Shown here in pieces: positions 13,401-25,186 of a DNA stretch of 64,000 nucleotides. Origin of the DNA: Mytilus edulis (Eukaryota). Where the stretch lies: positions 19,282,001 through 19,346,000 of the forward strand of contig NC_092354.1 in NCBI RefSeq assembly GCF_963676685.1. Direction: 5' to 3'. The translations under genes were made by a program, and so were the position numbers. The notes under the pieces were generated by a model. The model searched no databases, was not told the origin of the DNA, and was given only the letters and a program-made list of their open reading frames with translations. Within the stretch, counting starts at the first letter, position 1. Each line of letters starts with the position of its first letter.

Positions 13401-16342
13401 ACAAGACAAGTTGTATTCATTAAACGATTAGCACATCTCAACGTCACAAAAGAACTTTCCACCTAAAGCAATCATCAGCCCTAGAAAAACTAGTCCCAGA
13501 CTCTACTGAAATAGAATCAGACAATGATATTAAAAGATACTCGCGTAGACTAAAACATCTTGAGAACTGGTGTCTAGCAGACTATGTATCTGAATTTGAA
13601 TTGCAGTATCCTAAAACTTCAGAGTCCTCAGATCATGAATCAGAACAGCAGGACAATGGATCTGAAAGTGAAAATGAAGAGGCAAATGCAGATGTTATAA
13701 AAGAAAACAATAACAAAATTGACTTAACTCTGAAGAATGGTATTAGAATATACCAAAGAAAAACGCATAAGGTTATAAGATATGTTAAATACAATTACAA
13801 CACTGACTCTGAAAACTTCTACAGAGAACGCTTAATGTTATTTTGTCCATGGAGAAATGAACTTTCAGATTTGCAATGTGAACATGAAACATTTGAAAAA
13901 ATGTACTTGACTGTTGCAAGACTATTAGAATAAAAAGCCAAGAAATATGAGGGTAAAGTAATAGATCTAGAGAAAGCTATAGAAGAGGCAGAAAATGAAT
14001 GTAATGAGAATGATCAAATAGCATCTGCCACACAACAAGTAGAAATGGAAGATGCTGAATTAGGCCCACCAGAATCTGAACAGTATGTTCATTTCAATCC
14101 AGATAGACCAACAGAACATAGACTGTATGATATGTCCCGTGAAGTTGGAATTGCAAGAACAGTAGAATTGACAAATCATGCCAACAGAATAAGTGAGAGT
14201 GATTATTTTGCATTGAGAAGCTCCTTGAATAAAAAGCAGTGGGAATTTTTCCAACATGTTGTCACATGGGTTAAAACAAAACATGAACTATTTTATACAT
14301 TTTTGACAGGTGGAGCAGGATGCTGAAAATCTGTAGTTGTCAGAGCAATATTTCAAGCTTTACACAGACACTTATGTTCTATTGAAGGTGAGGACCCTGA
14401 CGATATAAGAATTCTTCTTTGTGCTCCTACTGGAAAGGCAGCTTACAATATAAATGGTCTGACTATTCACAATGCTTTCCAGATACAACCAAATAAAGGA
14501 CTTGACCAGTCAATGTCATGTGATGTGAATGAAATACAGAAATTTGTCTCTGATTTTGATTGATGAATGGTTGGAAACAAAATGTTCTCTTTACTGGAGA
14601 GAAGGCTGAAAAAAATCAAGGGAAGCAACTGTTCATTTGGTGGCGTCAGTATCATAGCTATTGGTGACTTTTTCCAACTCCAACCTGTATTTGACAGCTG
14701 GATGTTCAATTATCTTAGCAAAGGATTAACAGCATTAGCCCCTAATTACTGGAAATTAATATTTTCTATTCATGAACTTACTGAAATAATGAGACAAAAA
14801 GATGATTTAGAATTTGCTCTTCTACTAAATAGGTTGAGACAAGATCAGCTGACTGAAAATGCTTTTGCAGTTTTAAGTACCAGAATTGTTTCAATCAGTG
14901 ATCCAACATACAGAACTAATGCTACACATTTGTTTGTTGAAAATGCTTTAGTGGATAACTTTAATTTGCAATACATATCTAAATTAGGCTCACAAAAGGT
15001 TAAAGTTAAAGCAGTTGACACAGTTTGTGGGGATTTACCAGCATCTGTAAAGACAAAATTACTTAGTTCTTTACCAGAAAAACAGCCTGCTACATGTACC
15101 ACCAATCTTGCAAAAGAAGTAGTACCAGCAATTGGGATGAAATATGATCTTACAGCTAATATTTAAGTCACTGATGGTCTTACAAATAGTTCAACTTGTG
15201 AACTTAAATTGATTGCGTGCAAAACTGCATCTTTAATACCAAGTATTACATGGGTTAAGTTTGAAGATGCCAGAATATGTGCTAATAATAGAAAAAAATA
15301 TTCACACTTGTACGGAAAAGATGTTGAAAAAACATGGACTCCAATGTTTGACATTAAAAGATCATTTACTTAAAAATATAAGACATTTGAAATAATTCAG
15401 TTTCCTCTTCGCCCAGCAGCCGGATAAACAATTCATAAATCGCAAGGAGATACATTACACGAGGTTGTTGTTAGTCTGAAATCAAAACGTAAAGGGAAAA
15501 TACCACATATTGACTATGTTGCGCTAAGCAGAGCTACATCTTTAACTGGATTACAGATATTAATTCTTAATAAAGAAGCAATAGCTGTAGCAGATTGTGT
15601 TCGACAAGAATTACACAGACTAAGGACAGATGCAACTCTACAATTGTGCTTTAAGCCATTGTATAACTTATCAAGTAACTATTTTAAAGTAGTTTTTCAC
15701 AACTCAAGGTCATTGCATGCGCATTTTAATGATCTTAAATCAGACCCTAACATCTTAGATGCTGATGTTATTGGTATTGCTGAATCAAGACTTATTTCAA
15801 CAGATTAAAATGATGATTTTTATGTACCTGGTTTTGAACCACCAGTTCGATTAGACCAAAAGCAAACAAACTTTAATACAAGACCACCTCATGGATTGGT
15901 ATTATATTATCGAAATGATTGTATTCTTCACAATACAGCAACTTTCCAACTCCATCTTAAGTTTGTTATAGCAGACATAATATCACCCAGCAAAGGTCTT
16001 TTTCAGGTTGTCTTTGTTTACAAAGCACCAAACTGCAAATTGCAACAACTAAAAGATACTTTCCTTGCGAATCTTCTTCCTGACGTGTATTTAAGACATC
16101 CAAAAATCATCATAATGGGAGACTTTAATATTGATATAAACACTGGGAACACTTCTTTTTTAAAGTTCATGATAGATTCATTTTGCTGTTCACAAATTGT
16201 GTCTAAACCTACTACATCTTATGGTACATTGTTGGACTTAATTTTCCTAAATTTTGATAGTAAGCTAAATTTTGAAACAGATGTTCTTGATTCCTATTGG
16301 TCAGATCATAAAGTTATATATGTAGCCATTAAAACACAATGA
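10418..16342 (+). pseudogene. Helentron RepHel polyprotein: charged repeats, Zn-binding region, HUH Rep, PIF1-like helicase, APE-like endonuclease
   Basis: VEFQKRGSPHIHILIW (HUH), FLTGGAGC*KS (Walker A), GDFFQLQPV, ELTEIMRQKDD, IIMGDFNID...LLDLIF...YWSDHK (APE); many stops and frameshifts. Confidence 0.88.
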
Positions 16343-16951
16343 TTCAGTGTCATAATTATTTTATATGCCAAAACCAGCTTTGTTTAAAACAATGAAAATC
16401 AAACCTGCTGAAAAACGACACATTTTCGGTTGCTGAAAATGCAACCTCGAATGTGCAGGAGTGCTTCTAAAGGAAAATGGGTTTCCACTCCAACAGATTT
16501 GCCTTTTAATATGTAGGAATAGAAATGAGTTGGCTTCAAGACTCCTGATATCCAGTTTTACCTGTTTAGAAGAAAGCTTCTTTACAAAGCTTTCTTCTTT
16601 ATAGGTACACTGGATTAACGGTAACAGAGGTAATGAAATTTGAAACTGTGTTGCTTTGACGTCCATAAAGCAGAAAGGCCATTGGTGATTAGTCAACAAT
16701 TTTGCTATGGAAGAAAAGTAGAATTCCATTCATTTCAAGTCAGTAATGATTGGAGACATCAAATTTTACTACCTGAATGCTCATTGTATCAGTGGAGAGT
16801 TGTGTACACTTCGCATGTGAACACTCCTGATATTTACTCGTTATAAATGTATATTATCATTTTTACACAATTTAATCTACTGTGTGATGGTTCATATTCT
16901 GGACGCCAGTCTTTGCTCCTTTGTAATAAATCTACATACCAAAAAACAAAT

Positions 16952-19900
16952 ATGAAGCTTAGAAATGGAAAAATATTAAATACTAAACTCGTTCAAAGGG
17001 TATCTACACGTCTCAATCTTCAGAATCGCTTATCTAAAAATACGACCATAGCTAACGTTTTTAACAATAAAAATCGTGGTTACCCTTCTATCGATAAGTG
17101 TCATGCCAAAAAATGACTTACGTGTCCCCGTCTTTCCACCAACAATACAGTAAGGTCCACATTTAATGGTCGCACATTTTCTCTAAATTTTGAAACTGAT
17201 ATTACTTGAAAAACAAACAGTATTATTTATTTACTCACATGAAACAAACCGGGATGCGGTATTCAGTACGTAGGTGAAACTGGGCGATATTTATCTAAAC
17301 GCACGCAAGAACACCTGTATCGTTTTAAAAGACCCAATAAATTAAAAAGTATCATTTATCAACATCTTAAGAAGCACAGTCATCCTATTAAATATTTAAC
17401 AGTTCAACCTTTAGAAGTAGTAAATAAGCAGCCTGGTGAATCTCATTCCAAGTTTGTACGATCACGAAAAATAAATGAATTAAATTGGATTAAAAAATTA
17501 CAGACAGTCTACCCTCTCGGTCTTAATGATAATATCATGGGAATTGGCAATATATCAAGAACCGATTCTGTTAACATTTTGGATATAGTTTCTAAAACTG
17601 TTCGTAAAAATCGTTCTCATGGACGCAGAAAAAATCGCAATCAAAGAAAATTTCGGACCAACCATACAAATATTTCGGACCTAATTTCCATTTCAAAAAA
17701 CAACGGCAGACATTATCTGTTAACCAAGCTTTGTTCTTTACCTATAAATAAATTAAATAAAATTTTAGAGGATTGCAACACAATTTCATATTACAGTCCT
17801 AAGTATGAAATTGTCCAAATTATAATGGCATATTGTTATTCTAAACTGTTTCCAAAAATTGATCGCCCTGAAGATCATAAAAAACATTTTATTAAAATAA
17901 AGTATGTCAATAAAGGTTTTGATTTTGTAAATATTGCCGGTATTTTTAACGACCATTCTGTTAAAGACCAAATTCCTGGATATTTTGATAATACTGAACT
18001 CCCTCTCATTTGTTATATTTACAAGAAATCTACCCGAAAATATGTGTTTAATTATAGCCAATTGTGTAAAGATGTAAATATCACTGAAAATACACCTATG
18101 TCGTGTAATTGCAGTAATTCAGAATACACCTATGGACCAATTTCCCATGTTATAACAGGAGACCTTAACATCGTTCGCGACCGAGAGTTAAAATCATTCC
18201 TCAGTAAAGGACCTAAATATCGTCCCCCGTCAACTGTTAACTGGAATGAGTGTCGTAATATCATCAACGACTCACTCCGCGCCTACTGTTTGAAATGGGT
18301 AAAACGGGAAAAAGCTGACAAAAAATCTTTGGACTCTTTTTTTAATTCAGTAATGAAGATAGTTGATATTCGAATACAACATTTTAAAGAACATTTTACC
18401 CTCAACAAAAACTATAAAAACCCTATTTCGCGTATCAAAAATAAACTAACAGAACTAGCCAAGGAATTTGTTTTTGTCCCGGCTGATAAAGCTGCTAATA
18501 ATATCATTATTGTTTGACGTAAATTTTATATAGAGGTTCTGCAAAAGGAAATCACGAATTCACCAACATTCCAACTGACTTCATTTTCAGAAAACGACAT
18601 CTGTAACAAACATAAACTTTTAGCTACTTCTTTACAAGCAGAACCAAACACAATGAAAGTCCCAACTATGTACTGGCTTCCGAAGCTGCACAAAAAACCT
18701 TACAAATATAGATTTATTTCATCTTCCAGCCATTGTTCAACTACTAAATTGTCTGTTTTACTTACTAGTACACTTGGTACAATAAAAAACCTGATAATAA
18801 ATTGTTCAAATAAGGCCTTTGAAAATAGTGGAATTAATTACTTTTGGAGTGTCAAAAACTCGTTGGAAGTACTCGATAAATTGCATGCATATATTGGTGA
18901 TTTTGAATCTGTTCAAAGTTTTGATTTTTCTACCCTATATACCACTTTGCCTCATATTCTTATTAAGAAAAAATTCACATCCCTAATTAACTGGGCATTT
19001 AAAAAGTCGGAATGCGAGTACATATGTTCAAACTCTTTTAGATCATTTTTTAGTAGCAATAAACAAAAGAACTATGTCAATTGGACATGCTTTGATACTA
19101 TTTATGCACTTGAATTTTTACTTGATAACATTTTTGTTCGCTTTGGAGATTCCGTATATCGTCAAGTTATTGGAATTCCAATGGGGACTAACTGTGCACC
19201 ACTTATTGCGGACCTGTTTTTGTATTGTTATGAGTTACAATTTATGACGAAAATTAGCAAAGACCCATCAAAACAACATTTGATACAAAAATTTAACAAT
19301 ACTTTTAGATATTTGGATGATATATTGGCTCTAAATAATGACGACTTCAGTATGTATACTAAAGAAATTTATCCTGTAGAACTTACTTTAAATAAAGCTA
19401 ATGATAACAATGACCACTGCCCTTTCCTCGATCTTGATATCTATATCATAAACGGGAAGCTTAATACAAAAATTTATGATAAAAGAGATGATTTTTCATT
19501 TCCTATTGTTAATTATCCATTTTTAGATGGTGACGTTCCCTTGTCACCATCTTATGGTGTTTATATATCTCAACTTGTACGATTCGCTCGTGTATGTAAC
19601 AATGTATTAGATTTTAGCGAGAGAAATTTATGTATTACTGAAAAATTATTACACCAGGGTTTTCGATATCACAAACTGGTCAAAACATTTACTAAATTTT
19701 ATCACCGGTATAAGGAAATAATTCGTAAATATAACTCAACATGCAGACATCTTATACGTTCAGGTATTTCACATCCAAAATTTTATGGAAATATTCTTTA
19801 TAAAGCACAAAAATGTCAGTATTCTCCTCAGAAACTAACAAAACCTTTAAATAGACTTATTAAAAGGGGATATAGTTACGATACTGTTGTCAGGTCATTA

Positions 19901-19960
19901 AAGATTGCATATTTTGGCTTTAACATTGATTCACTGATAGGGTCTTTGCATCGGAACTAA
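16952..19960 (+). CDS. GIY-YIG endonuclease / reverse transcriptase selenoprotein (~1002 aa, 4 predicted Sec)
   Basis: Single frame from ATG 16952 to TAA 19958-19960; the only internal stops are TGA at 17114, 17207, 17240 and 18515, each at a Cys-type position; SECIS downstream. Confidence 0.85.
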
Positions 19961-20001
19961 ACACATTTATTTCTAAAAAAACAGTTGTTGGCATGACACG
20001 G

Positions 20002-20092
20002 GTTATGTTCTTCTCATATATTTTATGATAGTATGATACTAAACCCCTAACGGGAGGGATTGTACCTGATATTCATATGATGAAGACATAAT
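20002..20092 (+). promoter_or_regulatory. SECIS element (type 2)
   Basis: AUGA (20025-28), helix II gtatgat/attgtac, unpaired AAA (20041-43), ccc/ggg mini-stem, UGAU (20067-70), helix I tcatat/atatga and ttatgttcttc/gaagacataa. Confidence 0.85.
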
Positions 20093-20275
20093 CTTTCAAT
20101 CAGTTTAATTGAGGTCTGGAGCTGGCATGTCAGTTAACTGCTAGTAGTCTGTTGTTATTTATGTATTATTGTCATTTTATTTATTTTCTTTTGTTACATC
20201 TTTTGACATCAGACTCGGACTTCTCTTGAACTGAATTTTAATGTGCGTATTGTTATTGTTTTACTTTTCTACATT

Positions 20276-20366
20276 GGCTAGAGGTATAGGGGGAGGGTTG
20301 AGATCTCATAAACATGTTTAACCCCGCCGCAATTTTGCGCCTGTCCCAAGTCAGGAGCCTCTGGCC
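20276..20366 (+). ncRNA. Twister ribozyme-like fold, P5-type permutation
   Basis: GGGG-GAGGG...U^AA-CCCC-GC-P3-CCUG-UCCCAAGU-CAGG closed by ggctagaggt/gcctctggcc; matches the twister core apart from P1. Confidence 0.7.
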
Positions 20367-21319
20367 TTTGTTAGTCTTGTATGATTTTAAATTTTAGTTT
20401 CTTGTGTATAATTCGGAGTTTAGTATGACGTCCATTATCACTGTACTATTATGCATATTTTAGGGGCCAGCTGAAGGACACCTACGGGTGCGGGAATTCT
20501 CGCTACATTGAAGACCCATTGGTTGCCTTCGGCTGTTGTTTGCTCTATGGTCGGATGGTTGTCGCTTTGACATATTCACCATTTCCTTTCTCAATTTTAT
20601 ATATATATAATTCTTGAAATATTTGTTTTTGAATACAATCAAAACCCATTGCTTTAATATAGATGTAAAAAGGAAGTTTTGAAGACCACAAGTTCCATGC
20701 CTCATTTCTCTTCCTACAAAATTATTAAATTTAACTGGCTGTTTTATGAACTATTATTAAATAATCAAAATGTTTATGAATGTCGAAATCCTTGCTGTTA
20801 TGTACATATATTCATTGTAATTTTTCATATAGATAACTTGATACAACTTACAATACTTTTGTTCACTATATATATATATATATGATATATGATAACCATG
20901 TATCATGATTAAGTATGTACAGTTTACTTTTTGTAATGCCAACTTAATCTATATTTATCTCATCCAATATTCATTGACTTTTTTGTTTAAGAAATGCTCT
21001 CATGTTCATATTAGACATAATAAATCAGTTTCTGTACAAATACCACAAATTTTATTATAATATAATTACTTGGAGTTCTCCAAATTGAAAAACAATCCAT
21101 AAATCCAACATTTTTGATTTCTTATGATTTCAATTATGTCTTATTCTAAGTACAGGTTTATCAAAATGTGTAAATCATTAAAGGTTTAAATGTTGAGAAA
21201 AAAAATCAAATATTGCATTAATTTTTCATTCTACTCGACTATGTAGTTGCATTTTTTCTTATACATTTGATAAATATGTAGAAGTCATTTATAAAACAGA
21301 AACTAATGAACAATTCATG

Positions 21320-21595
21320 CAAACATTTGCTTCATAGAGAAAAAATGTGTGAACATTTGCTTAATAGAGAAGAAATTTGTAACATTTGCATATTAGAGAA
21401 GAATTTGTGAACATTTGCTTTCATAGAGCAGAAATTTGTGACATTTGCCTATTAGAAAAGAACTTGTGAACATTTGCTTAATAGAGCAGAAATTTGTGAA
21501 CATTTGCTTAATAGAGCAGAAATTTGTGAACATTTCCTTAATAGAGCAGAAATTTGTGAACATTTGCTTAATACAGAAGAAATTTAAGAACATTT
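21320..21595 (+). repeat. 30-bp minisatellite
   Basis: (aatagagcagaaatttgtgaacatttgctt)n, about 9 degenerate units. Confidence 0.85.
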
Positions 21596-24500
21596 AATGA
21601 CTGTTTTATAATAATCCAATGTAAAGTGAATAGTAAACTAATTGCTGAAGAAAAATAAGAATTATATAGATTGTTTCAGTAACATCATACAACATTTAAT
21701 AAATAAATTTGGTTTTTTTACTGTCTTCTGATTGGTTAAAATTATTAGTTTTATTTTCAATGTTGTCAATTTTGATGGCGACACACCCACTCTGACGTTG
21801 TGTATTCATACTCCAACATGTGTGTACGTTGTTATTGTTAATATAAATAATATAAAAAGTTCTTTGAGCCTTATTTTTTATAGAAATTTATTTATAATGA
21901 ATGGCAATAATTTATTTTGATTTTATTGAACCATAAAACTTCGCGGATTATTCAATGTGAAGAGTCAAAAATTAGTTTTATGGTTCAATAAAATCAAAAT
22001 AGATAATAGCCATTCATTAAATAAACGTATGGAGTAAACTCTTGAATTTTGCATTAAAGCAAATGCACCAGATCTGATATGAATAGAGTTTAAAACAGAG
22101 ATACTATGGACTGTAACTCAGTATACCATGAATAGAAATGAAACAACAATGACAATTACTTTGACAGCTAGTTGTTAAATGCTCAAGAGAAAATAAATTA
22201 TATATAGAATCTAAACTCTTTAAGTTGGAAAAACTGTTGAATATTCTTCTCGACAAGTCCTTACACATTGACTTCAAGAAATTTTGAAGGTCAAGTTATG
22301 GAAACAATAATCATATCATAATATAATCTCTGTGTAGCTTTTTATATATACTGTTTTTACTGTCATAGTTTGACTTTGAATGTGTGTTGTTAAAGAATGT
22401 AAATATTTTTCTATAAGTGAACTGTTTTAATGCACATATATAAAATAAAAAATGTATAACACAATGAATATTATAATGCATTATTTGAAGTATTTGATGT
22501 GTTCAAATTTTTCATAATAAACAATTAAATTTGATGTCTTTTATTATTTTTCACACCACATTCATTTTTGAAATTGATAAGAACAAAACTTCCAGTCAAA
22601 AAGAGAAATAAAAATGAGTCACAACCCAAAAATGACAAACAAATAGCAGCTTCACACATGTTAGAACTACTATAAAGGTCGTCTCTATTTAAGCTAGCAA
22701 AAACTTAGTTCTCTGTGTCTACCTTGTTCAATTCAAGTAATACCTATTCACTTTGAATCTTAATTTAAAGATCAGGTCACCACTCATAAAAGATGATAAT
22801 CTTGGGTCCAGTAAAAAGATTGATACAGTTGATCTGTTGCCATTCTCCATAATGATCAGTTACTTTGCTGTCATAACTAATTGAACAACTTATATACATA
22901 TATGGAACAAATCAATTAAAGTTTCCTTAACGATCCTTGACCAGTAATGATAACGTCTGGCGTATATACAAAATGTAGTCCTGGTATCGATGATGAGTTT
23001 ATATAGAACAAATATATAAACATGTAAGTTCATGAGAGAACAACACAATACTTGAAAAGTGTGTTTTAGACTTCAAAACTGAAAATAATAAACTTGTTGA
23101 AAGTGGTTTATTCACAAGAAAGATTAGATTTTGGTTCACAATGTTTCCTTTAACAAAAAGTATTACTATTATTTCCTGCATCAAATGTCAACAAAAATCT
23201 AAGGTGAGCGACACAGGGTCCTTTGCCCCTCTAGTTTCGGTTTGCAATAGCGTTATCAGTTTGAGAACCACGACATGGTATATAACCCATTGTAATCTTA
23301 AGTCGTCATTTCAAGAAACGTCAACAATGATAGGCAATATATATACAAGTGGAGATCAGTTCTAAGGGTTATATCGAATATCGAGTATCGAATATACAAC
23401 AACATCATCAAACAAATAATCGAAGAATATCAAGGCTACTTCACAGTGTATCGACAAAAATGAAACACAATTTATCATTAGAAATACGAAGAGATGATTT
23501 TATTGCAAACGATGAAACAAACGACCAGAGTTTTAAAAAAGATATCAGGGATACTCCAACGATCCCACAACATCATGAACCAAATTACCATGCGATATCA
23601 AGAAGTTTACTTATGACATATGGCCTTAAAAAGATACAATATATCGACATTAAGCAAAGAATTGTTCCAAAAAGAAATACAGAGCTATATGCATCCATAA
23701 GTCTTGAATGTCTTGTCTATGACAAAAATTGTTTTCACATCTATAAGGTTTTTTTACCTGTATTCGTTCTCATATATCCCTGTAAAGTATCAATCCGACT
23801 AAATCCTTTACCACACACATCGCACATATACGTTTTTTGAACCAGTATGTGTTGTGGGAATCGTAGTTCACTAGTTTGACGACATCTTCTACCGCATACA
23901 CCACACTTACAAATGTGCTTTTCACCAGTATGTATTTTCATATGCATATATATACATTTGTAGTTTTAATCGTTGACTAAACCGTTTGCTGCATATATCA
24001 CAGTTAAAAGGTTTATTATCCGTGTGTGTTATTGTGTTAACCTTTAAATAGTACAACATTTACGTGACACATATTATGTATATATATATATATATATAGG
24101 TTTTTAGCAAGTATGCATTCCAATGTGTTAGTAAATCGTGTCCTTGGCGTAATATTTTATCACATTCTTTACAAATTCAATATTTTTCAAACATATCTGT
24201 TCTCATATGTCTCTTTAAGGCATCACTTCGACTTAAATACAAACATCACATATATATGGTTTGATATCAGTATGAATTTTTATGTGTGTCTTTGGCATGT
24301 TTAAGGAACTATTTTGACCATTACTTCGATCGTACACGTCTCATCATAAAAAGTTTCCATATTGTGTATACGCATGTGTGACTTTTATTCACAAACGTCA
24401 CAGTTAAAAGCTTTACCATCATTGGGATAACGCATGAGTGACTTTAATTGTTGATTAAGTCTAAAACTTTTACCACATTCATCACATGTATATTAAAGGT

Positions 24501-24799
24501 TCATCACCAGTGTGTATTTTTATATGTCTCTGTAAGTTACTTCTTCCAGAAAATCCTTTACCATATACATCACAAGTATAAGGTTTATCACCAGTCATGC
24601 AAATGTGACTTATCATGCTTCCCATGTGTGACGAGATCCTTTAAGAATTTTTTCCAAACACGTCAGAGTTAAAAACTTTATCATCATTGTGTATACGCAT
24701 GTGTGACTCTTAGTGTTGTTTGAGACTAAAACATTTACTACAAACATCACATGTATGACGTGTGTCATCATTGTCTAGTATATGCATGTGTGACTTTAA

Positions 24800-25062
24800 G
24801 GTGGTACCTAACACTACTGAGAGATAACTTTGTAAAGTCAGCTAAACGTTTTAATAACGTTGTGTGGTAAAGGTAAAATCAAGCTTCTCAATGATCAATA
24901 TTGTTATTTCTCTAACTGCTACATAACAAACGGTTGGTTCAAAATTTTTGAAATTTTTATATTTTTGTTAAAGGGTCAAAGTTAATATATCATGTACATT
25001 GTCAATATTTTACGAAAATTAAACGAACACAATTCATTTTAGTCAAAGTGTTGGGTACCACC
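24800..25062. mobile_element. Kolobok-like MITE with TTAA TSD
   Basis: ttaa-GGTGGTACCTAACACT...AGTGTTGGGTACCACC-ttaa; removing it restores the ZNF remnant. Confidence 0.8.
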
Positions 25063-25186
25063 TTAAGTGTTCTTTAAGAGTAAAACCTTCACTACATAGT
25101 ACACAGGTAAAAGGTGTAAGTTATCATCATGATCATGTGCATCCGTAAGTTACATCTTTGAGCAAATAATTTACCACATACGTCAA

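Larger units (their letters stand above)
16897..20600 (+). mobile_element. Penelope-like retroelement with N-terminal GIY-YIG (Naiad type), apparently intact
   Basis: GIY-YIG (IIYLL..QYVGETGR...ELNWIKKLQTVYPLGLN) precedes a PLE RT (GIPMGTNCAP, RYLDDI); structured 3' UTR ending at a (TA)n run; 5' edge approximate. Confidence 0.9.
8942..23237 (+). mobile_element. Helentron (endonuclease-bearing Helitron), degenerate, with nested Penelope-like element
   Basis: 5' T-run plus subTIR gctcacct (8951-8958), hairpin and (cgt/cgtc)n microsatellite; 3' aggtgagc (23202-23209), imperfect hairpin and CTAG-TTT (23231-23237); Rep/Hel coding remnants inside. Confidence 0.75.

Noticed and set aside
14324-14326. 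TGA in the Helentron Walker A motif as recoding
   Set aside because: It replaces Gly (GGA>TGA), and the frame has many other stop types and frameshifts
21320-21595. CRISPR-like array (also 25470-25740)
   Set aside because: Contiguous tandem units with no unique spacers, in eukaryotic TE context
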